Shown: piece by piece, positions 35,291-48,724 of the stretch
How the letters are laid out: the number at the start of each line of letters is the position of its first letter
How positions within the stretch are numbered: position 1 is the first letter of the stretch
Assembly (NCBI GenBank): GCA_038087875.1
Contig: JAXLNO010000114.1
Span: 1 to 64,000 of the forward strand
DNA length: 64,000 bases
Reading direction: 5' to 3'
Origin: Malacoraja senta
Taxonomy: Eukaryota
The notes under the pieces: generated by a model
The model's database searches: none
What the model was told of the DNA's origin: nothing
Seen by the model: the letters and a program-made list of their open reading frames with translations, nothing else
Made by a program: the position numbers and the translations under genes

Positions 35291-38261
35291 TCTCTAACAC
35301 AAATATACAGAAACATAAAATAAATAGAAACAATTTTTTAAAATTATTTAAACAAATGTATATATAATTCAAACATGCCATCAGTCAGTAACTGTATAAT
35401 AAATAATTAATTAAAGTATAAATAATAAATATAAGTATAAATGATATATATAATAAATAATGAAAGTATAAATATTATGTGGCAATCAACACAGTTACAC
35501 AGTGTAACTGTGTTGATTCACGATTGCCACATAATATTCAACAAAATATTCTTTTTATTTCTGTATTTTACAGACCCCAAGAACCAAGATGAAACGTGTT
35601 CAGTTAAGTGGTGCACAAAAGCGAAAACTATCAAAACAGAAACAAGAGAAGACTTTGGACTTAGAGTCCAAGACTTTAAAGCTGACCGATTACTTCACAC
35701 AAGTTCCACAACATGATATACCGATTAAGGATCAAAACCAATCCCCGTCATCAGAAGTGGGCACAAATACTACTTTGATCACTTCAAAATCAAAATATGA
35801 TGACGTTGGAATCATCGACGTGTCACAAACAGGTTCATCAAGCACATGTCTCACTAATGAAAGTATAGTAGGCCATAGTGATGGTGGTGAAATGATTCAG
35901 TCTGCAAAAGATGAAGTAAATATAGCAAAAGATCCAGGGTTGTGGCTTGATTTCTCTGCTGATGACGTGGCTTATTGGACTGCTCGTGGACCCAGTGACT
36001 GTCAACACCACAATGGGCCATTTGACAAATCTTACCGGCATTTCAGTGGTGGGAAAAAAGCGAATGGTGAGAAATACAATGGTGGTTATTGTATTCGCCA
36101 TCAACAGGATCAGTTTATTGTTTTGTTTGTAAACTGTTTGCTTCTAAAAATTTCTCACATTTTGTTACAAGAGAAGGGTTCAGTGACTGGCGAAATTCTA
36201 TTGTAATTGATCATCATGAAAAAAGCACTACTCACCGAGACTCTATGCTAACATACTTAACTCGCAGACAAGGTTTAGGGTTGGGGCTACAGTTGGAAAA
36301 ACAAATTCAGGAAGAGTGTGATTACTCTTATGAGTGGGAACATGTCTTGAGGCGTGTCATAGCTGTTATTTGTACGTTAGCTGAACGTGGCTTGGCTTTT
36401 CGAGGAACAGAAGAACGATTTGGATCATTGCAAAATGGGAATTTTTTAGGGCTGCTTGAGCTCATGAGTCAGTTCGATCCATTTTTAGTAGGTCACATTT
36501 TGATATATGGAAATTCTGGCAAAGGAAATCCTTCTTACCTGTCCAAAACCACCTGTGAGGAACTCATTCAACTGATGGCTCAAAAGGTCCACGCGCTTAT
36601 TGTTGACGAAGTAAAATCTTCTGGTTATTTTAGTTTGTCAGTTGATTCAACACCAGATCTGTCACATATCGATCAGTTAAGTGTTGTACTTAGGAACTTA
36701 AAAGATGGACAGCTTATTAAATGCTTTTTAACCTTTCTGGAAATGAAAAGCCATACCGGTGAGGAAATGGCAAATCAGGTGTTGCAGTACTTACGTGAAG
36801 TTTGTAAGCTAAACTTTTCAAAATGTAGGGGTCAGTCTTACGACAACGCTGCTAACATGTGTGGGCGTTATAAGGGGATGCAGCAAAATTTTTTAGAAAC
36901 AAACAGGTTTGCTATATATGTGCCCGGTGCATCTCATTCACTAAATCTGGTAGGCCGAAGTGCTGTTGACTGCTGTCAAGAGGCGGTTAATTTCTTCTCT
37001 AGTGTGCAGTTCTATACCTTTTTTTCAGCCTCAACCAGCCGGTGGAAAATTCTTAAAGGTTGTATTGGAAATGAAAGTGTCTTAAAATCTCTTTCTGATA
37101 CCAGATGGGAGGCACATGCTATGGCAACAGCAGCAATTTTGAAATCTTTCCTTAAAATTTTAGAAGCGTTAGACTGCATAGCCGAAGACCAGTCACAAAA
37201 GGGAGACACTAGAAGAAAAGCAAATAATATTGCAAATAAGATGCAATTCATTTTTATGTTGAATTTTTGGAATGAGATTTTGCAAAATTTTCATGGAGAA
37301 AGCCATTCCACAGAATGGGGATGCGAACTTAAAAACATGTGCAGATCTGTATGGATCATTAGCTGACCAAGTTGAATTTGAAAGATATGAAGCAGCTACA
37401 AAGGAAATGCTACCAGATGTTGATTACAAGACAGCTCAAATTCGCAAACGTATGAGAAAGAAGGTACCCAATGACAATGACGGAGATGCACCAGAAGTAT
37501 ATCTGAACGCCAGAGATAAATTTCATATCATCACCTTTTACACAATTGCTGACAAACTTAAAACTGAGATGAGAAGAATAGAGATATACAAAGAAATATC
37601 AGAGATTTTTTTTTCTAAGTGATGTGCCACATAATGTCACTTCAATGACTTCATCATCTACTGAAATTGAAAGGTATTCTCAGTGTTGTCAAAAACTGAT
37701 TGATGCTTACCCAGAGGACTTGAACACTAATTTTCCTCAGCTGAGCTCCAGCAGTTTCACTCATATGTGCGCCATATGTTCAGTGCAACAAAAAATGTAA
37801 AAACAAGATTCAGTCATGCTGAACTTTATAAAATAATTGTAGAAGACAATATTGAGTGTGCCTTTCCAAATGTAGACATTGCCTTTCGTATATTTTTAAC
37901 ATTAATGGTCACAAATTGCTCAGCTGAGTGTTCATTTTCTCAGTTGAAGTATATTAAAAATCCCATCAGAATAACTATGCAACAAGGCAGGCTGGATGCC
38001 TTATCTCTACTAAGTATAGAAGCAGATGTGTTACGTAAGATTAATTTTGAGGATCTGATCAAAGACTTTGCAATGAAAAAAAGTAGGAGAAAACTTTTCA
38101 AATATGAATAAAGTGGAAGTATACAAAAATAAACATTATTTTCCGTCTTACTGTTAGTTTTGTTTCATTTGGTTTATTATTGTTTATATTTTGAATTACA
38201 TATATATGGGGGCATCAAAATCTTTTAAGTGCTTAGGGCTATGGGTCTTAATCCGGCCCAG
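35290..38261 (+). mobile_element. hAT DNA transposon (ZMYM1/DUF4371-type transposase), decayed
   Basis: Transposase fragments plus a right TIR-like CTTAATCCGGCCCAG (38247-38261). The left TIR was not found, so the left boundary is approximate. Confidence 0.8.
35589..38111 (+). pseudogene. hAT transposase (frameshifted)
   Basis: TTF-type zinc finger YSPSTGSVYCFVCKLF, SLSVDSTPD (D1), GQSYDNAANM (D2), GASHSLNL (mutated CxxH), SDTRW, TNCSAECSFSQL (E, hATC). Confidence 0.9.
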
Positions 38262-39330
38262 CCTCAATGTATATTTAATTTTCTCAAGTTTAAGAAAAAA
38301 CACTACATCTTTGAGCCACTGAGGGTGGGTTAGGGAATTTCCACTGAAGGAGTAGGCGACGTCTGGCTATTAAAGATGTGAAATTACTAATTTATTTTTG
38401 CACAGTTTAATCGACCTGACCCCAAAATGGCAATCAATGGACAGCCCTGTAGAGGTATTCCCATTACGGTAGACATTATATTAATGTCTGAAGCCTGAAC
38501 GTTGAATTCTCCCAATTCTGCTAGCCCTGGCTGTCCCCTCCCCTTCATCAGCCATCTGGTTGTCTCCTCCCCTCCCCCAGCCCTCGGGCTCCTCCTCCGC
38601 CTTTTCCTTTTTTCCTTTCTTCTCCCCACCCCCTATCAGTCTGAAGAAGGGTTTCGGCCCGAAACGTTACCTATTTCCTTCGCTCCATAGATGCTGCTGC
38701 ACCCGCTGAGTTTCTCCAGCATTTTTGTGTACCTTCCATTATATTAAAGTAGCTGGACCAAAAATTATGTAATCGTGGACAAAGGAAAAATATAGGGCTC
38801 AGATGACAGTGTGGGCCCGAACATCTATCACATTTATCCTCCACTTCTGGATAAATTCCAGACAGTCTTGATTTAGAAAAATGGACCCTGTGTATAACCT
38901 TAAACTGAATGAGTGCAAGACGAGCGTAAGACGTAACAGTACATAGCCCACCCACAATGTTATCCCACCACTCCTCAGTAAGTTGAAGTCCCAGCTCTTC
39001 CTCCCAAGCAGCCCTTGTTTTAGAGTTGGACTGATCGCAAAGATCCAGAATGCATCTCTGAAACAATCCCTCTTTGTTGTGTCTTGAAAGTAATCAAACT
39101 ATCCCATATTTGTCGTGGAGGTGAAGAGGGAAAATTAGAAAAACATTTAGAAAAAAGTGTCCAACTTGAAAGTACCTAAAAAAATGATTTGCTGGTGATC
39201 CATACAATGATGATAAATTGGTCAAGCTGTTAAAAATACCATCTGAAAACAGATCAAGAAAACACTGTATACCTTTGTTATGCCATACGGAATCCAAATG
39301 TGAGGGTGGAAACAGGTGATTGTTACATAA
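38262..39330 (-). mobile_element. L1 3' fragment (older family) interrupted by a Penelope end
   Basis: WEEELG...LIQFKVIHRVH...CDRC in ORF 38671-39066. Confidence 0.8.
38488..38735 (+). mobile_element. Penelope 3' end / terminal repeat
   Basis: Matches the reverse complement of 53565-53805; contains CTGAAGAAGGGTTTCGGCCCGAAACGTT. Confidence 0.85.
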
Positions 39331-41278
39331 TAGAAACATAGAAAATAGGTGCAGGAGTAGGCCTTTCGGCCCTTCGAGCCTGCACCGCCATTCAATATGA
39401 TCATGGCTGATCATCCAACTCAGTATCCTGTACCTGCCTCCTCTCCATGCCCCATATAACCATTACAGCACAGAAACAGGCCATCTCGGCCCTTCAAGTC
39501 CGTGCCGAACATTTTTTGTTGTTGACTTCCCCCTAGTCCCATCTACCTGCACTCAGACCATAACCCTCCATTCCTTTCCCGTCCATATACCCATCCAATC
39601 TATTTTTAAAGGATAAAATCGAACCTGCCTCCACCACTTCCACTGGAAGCTCATTCCACACAGCTACCACTCTGAGTAAAGAAGTTCCCCCTAATGTTAC
39701 CCCTAAACTTCTGTCCCTTAATTCTCAAGTCACGTCTCCTTGTTTGAATCTTCCCTACTCTCAATGGGAAAAGCTTATCCACGTCAACTCTGTCTAACCC
39801 GCTCATAATTTTAAATACCTCTATCAAGTCCCCTCTTAACCTTCTGCGCTCCAAAGAATAAAGACCTAACTTGTTCAACCTTTCTCTGTAACTTAGTTGC
39901 TGAAACCCAGGCAACATTCTAGTAAATCTCCTCTGTACTCTCTATTTTGTTAACATCCTTCCTATAATTAGGCAACCAAAATTGTACTCCATACTCCAGA
40001 ATTGGCCTCACCAATGCCTTGTACAATTTTAACATCACATCCCAACTTCTATATTCAATGCTCTGATTTATAAAGGCCAGCACACCAAAAGCTTTCTTTA
40101 CCACCCTATCTATATGAGATTCCACCTTCAGGGAACTATGCACAGTTATTCCTAGATCCCTCTGTTCAACTGCATTCCTCAATTCGCTACCATTTACCAT
40201 GTACGTCCTATTTTGATTTGTCCTGCCGAGATGTAGCACCTCACATTTATCAGCATTAAACTCCCATCTGCCATCTTTCAGCCCACTCTTCCAAATGGCC
40301 TAAATCTCTCTGTAGACTTTGAAAATCTACTTCCTTATCCACAACACCACCTATCTTAGTATCATCTGCATACTTACTTATCCAATTTTCCACACCATCA
40401 TCCAGATCATTGATGTACATGACAAACAACAGTGGACCCAACACAGACCCCTGAGGCACCCCACTAGTCACCGGCCTCCAACCTGACAAACAGCCATCCA
40501 CCATTACTCTCTGGCATCTCCCATTCAGCCACTGTTGAATCCATCTTGCTACTCCACCATTAATACCCAACAATTGAATCTTCTTTACCAACCTTCCATG
40601 AGGAACCTTGTCAAAGGCCTCACTGAAGTCCATATAGACAACATCCACTGCTTTACCCTCATCAATTTCCCTAGTAACCTCTTCGAAAAATTCAAGAAGA
40701 TTAGTCAAACATGACCTTCCAGGCACAAATCCATGTTGACTGTTCCTAATCAGATCCTGCTTATCCAGATGCTTATATATATTATCTCTAAGTATACTTT
40801 CCATTAATTTGCCCACCACTGACGTCAAACTAACAGGTCCATAATTGCTAGGTTTACTCTTAGAACCCTTTTTAAACAACGGAACAACATGAGCAGTATG
40901 CCAATCCTCCGGCACTATTCCCTTTTCTAATGACATTTGAAATATTTCTGTCATAGCCCCTGCTATTTCTACACTAACTTCCCTCAATGTCCTAGGGAAT
41001 ATCCTGTCAGGACCTGGAGGCTTATCCGTTTTCATATTTTTCAAAAGTGTCCGCACCTCCTCTTCTTTGAATCTCATAGTTTCCATTGCTACTCTACTTG
41101 TTTCCCTTACCTCACATAATTCCATATCCTTCTCCTTGGTGAATACCGAAGAAAAGAAATTGTTCAATATCTCCCCCATCTCTTTTGGTTCTGCAGATAG
41201 CTGTCCCCTCTGACTCTCTAATGGACCAATTTTATTCCTTGTTATCCTTTTGCTATTATTATAGCTGTAGAATATACC

Positions 41279-41957
41279 TGCACGGGAGACCCGACCTTTT
41301 CCCTGTCGGGTCTCCGTTGTCGTTGGGGCCTAGCTCCGTGGAGCGGCCTCCAACCGGAACGACCTGGGGGCTCCAGTCGCGGAGCCTGCGGAGCTGCGGA
41401 CTCACCATCGTGGGGCTGGCCGGCCTCGGAGCGCGGGGAGTGGTGGTGACTCGTTGCTGCTCACTCCGGAGCTCCAGCTCCAGCTGCAGACCGGTGGACT
41501 GGGACATCGGGAGCTCGCGGGTCCGGGTGAGAGACCGCTTTCCAGAGCTCCCGCAACGCAACTTCTCCAACCCGAGTCGCGGGGTTGGAACGACCTGGAG
41601 TGGGGCCGTAAATCGCCCGGTGCTAAAGCCGCGGGACATTCCAGCGCCCGCCGGGCTCCAACTTGTGACTTTGGGCCCGGAGCGAGGCTGTACATCGCCC
41701 GGCGTGGCCTCAACGGCCGTGGGACTTAACATTGCCCGCCTGGGGCTTCAACATCGGGAGAAAAATGGTGCAGGGGAGAGAAATGACTTTGCCTTCCATC
41801 ACAGTGAGGAGGAGATTCACTGTGATGGATGTTTTTCTGTAAATTGAATTGTTTGTGTGTCGTGTAGGAATTGTTTTGTTTGTATGGCTGTGGAAACGGA
41901 GTTTCATTTGAGCCTCTTTGAGGTTCAAATGACAAGAAATAAAACATCTAAATCTAG
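41279..41957 (+). mobile_element. GC-rich non-autonomous retroposon inserted in CR1 ORF2
   Basis: Interrupts the CR1 with TAGAA on both sides. Hairpin core at 41795-41829. 3' stem-loop TCATTTGAGCCTC-TTT-GAGGTTCAAATGA followed by AATAAA. Confidence 0.7.
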
Positions 41958-43150
41958 AAACACTTTGGATTGACTTTCACCTTGCCAAAGCAACCTCATA
42001 TCTTCTTTGAGCTTTTCTAATTTCTTTCTTAATAGTCTTTTTACATTCTTTATACTCCTCAAGCATCTCATTTACTCCATGCTGCCTATAATCATTGTAG
42101 AGCTCTCTCTTTTTCCGAACCAAGTGTCCAATTTTCCTTAAAAACCATGGCTCTTTCCAATTTTTACTATTTCCTTTCAACCGAACAGGGACATAAAGAT
42201 TCTGTACTCTTAAAATTTCACCTTTAAATGTCCTCCATTTCTCTTCTACATCCTTCCCATAAAACAACATGTCCCAATTCACTCCTTTTAAATCCTTTCG
42301 CATCTCCTCAAAGTTAGCCTTTCTCCAATCAAATATCTCAACCCTAGGTTCAGTTCTGACCCTCTCCATAATTATATTGAAACTAATGGTATTTTGATCA
42401 CTGGACCCGAAGTGCTCCCCAACGCATACCTCCGACACCTGCCCTGTCTCATTTCCTAACAGGAGGTCCAGCACTGCCCCATCTCCAGTAGGCACCTATA
42501 TGTATTGCTGCAAAAAACTATCCTGCACACACTTTACAAACTCCAAACCATCCAGCCCTTTTACAGAATGTGTTACAGAAAATTGAAATCTCCCACAATC
42601 ACTACCTTGTGCTTACTACTAATATCTGCTATCTCCTTACATATTTGCTCTTCCAAATCTCGCTCCCCATTTGGCGGTCTATAATACACCCCTATAAGTG
42701 TTGCTACACCTTTCCCATTTCTCAGTTCCACCCAAATAGCCTCCCTAGAAGAGCCCTCTAATCTATCCTGCCAAAGCACTGCTGTAATATCTTCCTTGAC
42801 AAGCAATGCAACACACCCACCTCTTGCCCCTCCAATTCTATCACCCCTGAAGCAACGAAATCCTGGAATATTTAATTTCCAATCACAGCCCTCCTGCAAC
42901 CATGTTTCACTGATCGCCACAACATCATACTTCCAGGTGTCAATTCAGGCTCTAAGCTCATCCACCTTTTTACAATGCTCCCAGCATTAAAATATACACA
43001 TTTAAGAAACCCACCACCACTTATTCTCTGTTTATCATCTTTTTCTTCTTTCTCCCCTACATTTTGGGTCCCAGTACTTCCCTTCTCTGCCTCCTGCCTC
43101 CCACATTTTCTACTAGCTTTCTCTATTTGAGTCCCTCCCCCCCAACCGTT

Positions 43151-44071
43151 CTAGTTTAAAGTCTCCCCAGTAGCCTTTGCAAATCTCCCCGCCAGGATAT
43201 TGGTCCCCCTCGGGTTCAAGTGCAACCCGTCCTTTCTGTACAGGTCACACCTTCCCCAAAAGAGGTCCCAATGATTCAGAAATTTGAATCCCTGCCCGCT
43301 GCACCAGTTCCTCAGCCACGCATTTATCCTCCACCTCATTCCATTCCTACTCTCACTGTCGCGTGGCACAGGTAGTAATCCTGAGATTGTTACCTTTGCG
43401 GTCCTTCTCCTTAACTCCCTAAATTCTCCTTTCAGGATCTCTTCTCTTTTTCTGCCTATGTCATTGGTACCTATATGTACCACAACCTCAGGCTCCTCTC
43501 CCTCCGATTTCAGGATATCTTGGACGCGTTCAGACACATCCCTGACCCTGGCACCAGGGAGGCAAACTACCATCTGGGTCTCCTGACTGCGTCCACAGAA
43601 TCGCCTATCAGACCCCCTGACCATAGAGTCCCCTATTACTATTGCCCTCTTCTTTTCCCTACCCTTCTGAGCAATAGGGCCAGTCTCTGTGCCGGAGGCC
43701 CGGCCGCTGTCGCTATCCGCAGGAAGGCTGTCCCCCCCAACAGTACTCAAACAGGAGTACTTATTTTCAAGGTGTACAGCCACCGGGGTACTCACTAGTC
43801 CCTGCCTCTGCCCCTTGCCCTTCCTAACCGTGACCCACTTGTCTGCCTGCCGTGGTCTTGGAGTGGCTACCTCCCTATAACTCCTTTCTATGACCTCCTC
43901 ACTCTCCCTGATCAGACAGAGGTCATCCAGCTGCTGCTCCAGATTCCCAACACGGCCCCTTAGGAGCCCCATCACAACGCACCTGGCACAGATGTGGACG
44001 TCTGGAGGGGTATCAGACTCCATGACCTCCCACATCTGAAATCCAGAACAGTAAACTGCCCTGGCCCTCAT
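43151..44071 (-). CDS. CR1 ORF1 protein: zinc finger / leucine zipper + SGNH esterase (open 306-aa frame)
   Basis: HICARC, IVIGDSMVRG, HIGTNDIG and DGLHLN motifs. Confidence 0.85.
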   Translation of the reverse strand: MRARAVYCSGFQMWEVMESDTPPDVHICARCVVMGLLRGRVGNLEQQLDDLCLIRESEEVIERSYREVATPRPRQADKWVTVRKGKGQRQGLVSTPVAVHLENKYSCLSTVGGDSLPADSDSGRASGTETGPIAQKGREKKRAIVIGDSMVRGSDRRFCGRSQETQMVVCLPGARVRDVSERVQDILKSEGEEPEVVVHIGTNDIGRKREEILKGEFRELRRRTAKVTISGLLPVPRDSESRNGMRWRINAWLRNWCSGQGFKFLNHWDLFWGRCDLYRKDGLHLNPRGTNILAGRFAKATGETLN

Positions 44072-45550
44072 TCTCCCCCCCTACCCAGGATACAATACAA
44101 ACTGGTGGAGGAAATCAGCAAGGATCTGACTCCCAATCAGCTGCTTCCTCTTAGTCCTCTCCCACCAATCAGCGGCTTCCTCGCTTATCAGAAACGTGAA
44201 TGGAACGTTGCAGTTTTGGGTTCTCCTCCTGCAACGGTCCCTGGGCCTCTGGAAAGTAAAGCCCCGCGCTGTTTAACTACTCCCTACCCGGACGCCGCTC
44301 CTCCTCCTGCAACGGTCCCTGGGCCTCTTTAGCCACAAGGGCCACATCTAACTCCCTCTTAAATTTAGCCAATGAACTGGCCTCCACTACCTTCTGTGGT
44401 AGAGAGTTCCAGAGATTCACCACTCTCTGTGTAAAAAATGTTTTTCTCATCCCGGTCCTAATGGATTTCCCCTTTATCCTTAAACTGTGACCCCTTGTCC
44501 TGGACTTCCCCAACATCGGGAACAATCTTCCTGCATCTAGCCTGTCCAACCCCTTAAGAATTTTGTAAGTTTCTATAAGATCCCCCCTCAATCTTCTAAA
44601 TTCTAGCGAGTACAAACCGAGTCTATCCAGTCTTTCTTCATATGAAAGTCCTGACCTCCCAGGAATCAGTCTGGTGAACCTTCTCTGCACTCCCTCTATG
44701 GCAAGAATGTCTTTCCTCAGATTTGGAGACCAAAACTGTACGCAATACTCAAGGTGTGGTCTCACCAAGACCCTGTACAACTGCAGTAGAACCTCCCTGC
44801 TCCTATACTCAAATCCTTTTGCTATGAATGCTAACATACCATTCGCTTTCTTCACTGCCTGCTGCACCTGCATGCCTACTTTCAATGACTGGTGTATCAT
44901 GACACCCAGGTCTCGTTGCATCTCCACTTTTCCTAATCGGCCACCATTTAGATAATAGTCTACTTTCCCGTTTTTGCCACCAAAGTGGATAACCTCACAT
45001 TTATGCACATTATACTGCATCTGCCATGCATTTGCCCACTCACCCAACCTATCCAAGTCACCTTGCAGCCTCCTAGCATCCTCCTCACAGCTAATACTGC
45101 CCCCCAGCTTTGAGTCATCTTCAAATTTGGAGATGTTGCATTAAATTCCTTCGTCCAAATCATTAATATATATTGTAAATAGCTGTGGTCCCAGCACTGA
45201 GCTTTGCGGTACCCAACTAGTCACTGCCTGCCATTCTGAAAAGGACCCGTTTACTCCTACTCTTTGCTTCCTGTCCGCCAGCCAGTTCTCTATCCACATC
45301 AATACTGAAACCACAATACCGTGTGCTTTAAGTTTGCATACTAATCTCTTATGTGGGACCTTGTCAAATGCCTTCTGAAAGTCCAGATATAACACTGGTT
45401 CTCCCTTATCCACTCCACTAGTTGCATCCTCGAAAAATTCTATTAGATTCGTCAGACATGATTTACCTTTCATAAATCCATGCTGACTTTGTTCAATGAA
45501 TTCACCAATTTCCAAATGTGCTCCTATCCCATCTTTAATAACTGACTCTA

Positions 45551-45690
45551 GGTGTATCCAACGAGGATTATTTTTGACCTTCGCTGCTGTAGGTGTGGTC
45601 AGTAGTACTTGCAAGGGCTCCTTCCACCATTCTCCCAATTTCTTCCCATCCCAATTTCTTATCAGTTCGTGATCTCCTCGTTATAAGGAT
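45551..45690 (-). pseudogene. Endogenous retrovirus integrase C-terminal fragment
   Basis: [43 protein letters not shown] matches the class I retroviral IN CTD pattern [13 protein letters not shown]....WIH. Confidence 0.75.
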
Positions 45691-46691
45691 TCGCTGTTAT
45701 AGTTAGTTGATAGTGGTTTCTGCGTTTCTGTGGTTTCTGTAAAACTGACAAGGTTCGTGTGTAATTAATTCATCATTAAGGTCCTGTCCAGTCTCAGTCA
45801 AGGCTTTACTTAAACTCTTTAACTACTTACAAGGCAGACCCTTTAACAATAGGTCATTATAAAGAAAAAAACGTTTTCAAATTAACAGATTTTTTCCCGA
45901 GATAGAGACATTTCCAATTCTCATCCAACACTTCAATGTTAATACCACATGGCCAGTGTGCAATTCAGATCTCTCTTGAATTCAATTCAAACTTAAAATA
46001 CTGACAAGGTCTCCAATCCTAATGCCAGATCACCCAACGAAGAAAATGACGTCTCTTTGCTGAGCCACATCCTCGGTTTAATAAAAGTTGAGAAGATAGA
46101 GAATAAACAGTTAATTTCCACCAGGCACGTGCCGTCAGGGTAGGCAAGGTAGGCACTGGCTACCCTGACTAAAATTATAAAATGGTAATTATTAAATATA
46201 AATAGTAAAGGCATGGGAGAATTATGCTTATCGAAGAGATCGATCTCTTAGGTAGGCATAATTCTCCGTGCCTTTCATCCACAGTACTTGTAACAAGCGA
46301 AGGTCTGTGCAGCCTACGTGCTGTGAACGATGCTTCAAGCCGTGAATGACAAGTGGGGCTGAAGGCAGTAGAAATTCTGCCTTTGCAGTACTGCGCATGC
46401 GTAGAAGCCCACTGCGCATGCGCAGCGCAAGTTTCCTGGCGGGTTTTTCAAATATGGATTGCCATTATCTTAAGTGTATCTTAGGAAACAAAGAGAGAAG
46501 AAGGGATTTTGTGTACCCATAATGTGGTAAGTACATTTATTGGTGCTTTATGTTTTTAAATACCGTATTTCCCGGGGTGGGGGAGAGTTCCTTTCACAGC
46601 CTGTGGGGAGTGGCCCGGGGTAAAGTTGCAGGGAGGGCAGGGGCGTTGTGAAGGAGGGTGCCAGTAACCCGCTTGTGACGCTCCTTGCACG

Positions 46692-47170
46692 GGGCCACCG
46701 CATTGAGGCCAGGGGGAGGGGGAGGGGGAGAGGTAGCTCGGGTGGCTGCGAGCAGCCGCCGGGACCGGACAGCGGAACCATCCGCCACCTCAGCGCCTTC
46801 TGCCGGCCCCCGCTCACCTCTGGCAGTGCTCTCCGTCCGAAAACCTTTCCTGCTCCTCGCCGGCCTCACTCATATCAGCCGCTTCCCGCTAATCCTTAAA
46901 TTCCGAATGCGCGGTCAAAGGACCAATTGAGGTTACTCGGCTGTGGGAATTTAAGGTTACTCGGCTGTGGGAATTTAAGGATTTGCGGGAAGTGGCTGAC
47001 ATGAGCGAAGTCGGCGAGCGGCAGGTGAGAGGTGTTCAGACGGAGAGCACTGCCAAAGGTCAGTGGGCCGGTTGAAGGCGCTGAAGTGGCGGCCAGTTCT
47101 GCTGTCGGGTCCCGGCGGCCGCTCGCTGCCACCCGAGCTGCTTCCGTTCCCGGCCACATTGCGGTGGCTC
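46692..47170. repeat. Imperfect inverted repeat (core arms 46733-46904 / 46970-47141) in a CpG-rich region
   Basis: The arms are reverse complements. The spacer contains a duplicated 24-mer AGGTTACTCGGCTGTGGGAATTTA. Confidence 0.85.
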
Positions 47171-47364
47171 TGCGTCCAGAGCGCCGCAGGAGCGGTGAGT
47201 GAGTGAGCTACTGGCATGATCCTCGACTCCCTCCTTCTTAACACTCCTGCTCTCCCCGCAACTTTACCCCTGGTCAGACTCTCCACACGCTGTGAAAGGC
47301 GGTCTCCCCCCAATGGGTCACTTGAACAAGTATTGTCATTCAATAAGATGACAACTGATTCAAC

Positions 47365-47930
47365 TTTCAAGATTCAATCAAGATTCAATCTTTAATTGTC
47401 ATTGTGCAGTGTACAGTACAGAGACAACGAAATGCAGTTGACATCTCACCCAGAAGAGCGAACATAGAATAATGGAACAGCAAAATATATAAATGTACAA
47501 ACGGTATCAATAGTGCAATTTTTACTGGGGGAAGGAATGTCGGGGGGGGGGGGGGAGGGGGGTGACTGGCAATCATCAAGGTGCAGAGTTGAGTAGTGTA
47601 ACAGCCGCAGGGAAGAAGCTGTTCCTGAACCTGCTGGTCCGGCAACGGAGAGACCTGTAGCACCTCCCGGATGGTAGGAGGGTAAACAGTCTGTGGTTGG
47701 GGTGAGAGCAGTCCTTGGCGATGCTGAGCGCCCTTCGCAGACATCGCTTGCTATGGACAGACTCAATGGAGGGGAGTGAGGAACCAGTGATGCGTTGGGC
47801 AGTTTTCACCACCCTCTGCAGTGCTTTCCGGTTGGAGACAGAGCAGTTGCCATACCATACTGTGATGCAGTTGGTAAGGATACTCTCGATGGTGCAGCGG
47901 TAGAAGTTCACCAGATTCTGAGGAGACATC
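47365..47930 (-). mobile_element. Rex1/Babar LINE 3' fragment
   Basis: LVNFYRCTIESILTNCITVWYGNCS...LPSGRCYRS...SFFPAAV; short-repeat tail (TTCAAGA/TTCAATC on +). Confidence 0.9.
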
Positions 47931-48724
47931 TTTTGTCTCTTCTTGTCCCCACGTGCTCCCATTTCCCCCACCATCTCTCCACCTGCCGTCACCCTTCACC
48001 CCTCACCCATTCAGTAATTCACAATGAATGAGATTTGGAAGCCTTGGGCAAATTGAATTGTTACTGTCTTTATTTTTATTTTTTATTTTTATTTTACGGA
48101 GAACAATCTGCGCATGCACATGCGTGGTTTAAGATTTTTTTTAAAGCCGACTGACTGCCTACCCTGAGTAATCACTCACGGCACGTGCCTGATTTCCACA
48201 TAGATAACCAATGCATTGCCGAAGAGCAAAGGAAAATAAAATAACTGCGGCTCCACCCCCACAAAACTGCAACTTCTTAGAGACACTACCTTTTAAACCA
48301 CATGAGACTCTACAATGATTTATCACGTAAATGAGCAAGCTCATTCAATGACATCCTATTTCATCTGAATTATAGGATTAATTCAACATTCACCCAGAAC
48401 CAGTTCCACAAACAAGTAACAGTCTTTAAACTCACTCACTCTATACCGTCTTTAATGTGACATTCACTCACAAATTTCCACACCTCACGCAATGTGCTGG
48501 ATCTCAGATATTCACACACTGTTAAGCAATAAATCTCACTCAAGAGTAAAACACAGTTATACACACCTCAAGGAAATCATGCAAAACTCTTAAAACTTTG
48601 ATACACCCCAAAATGTTCATACTTTGTTCATGAATACAGCACATACTGAAGAACAGTCTCAACGCAAAACATGCATTTACATATACACACACGCACACAC
48701 GCACACATGCGCACACACACACCC

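Larger units (their letters stand above)
39453..44327 (-). mobile_element. Near full-length CR1 LINE (family 2)
   Basis: 5'UTR with a 28-bp direct repeat (44223-44250, 44300-44327), ORF1, ORF2 pieces ~42990-39530 and tail. Highly similar to 14831-17533. Confidence 0.95.
39331..45550 (-). mobile_element. CR1 LINE (family 1) 3' portion split by a family-2 CR1 (pieces 39331-39452 and 44328-45550)
   Basis: RT ORFs 44277-45056 and 45141-45550. The 3'UTR and tail continue at 39331-39452. Confidence 0.85.

Noticed and set aside
35589..38111. Host ZMYM1-like gene
   Set aside because: Multiple frameshifts, a mutated CxxH motif and a residual TIR indicate a decayed hAT transposon.
45141..45638. Integrase-RT fusion protein
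   Set aside because: Chance in-frame junction between a truncated CR1 5' end and an ERV fragment.
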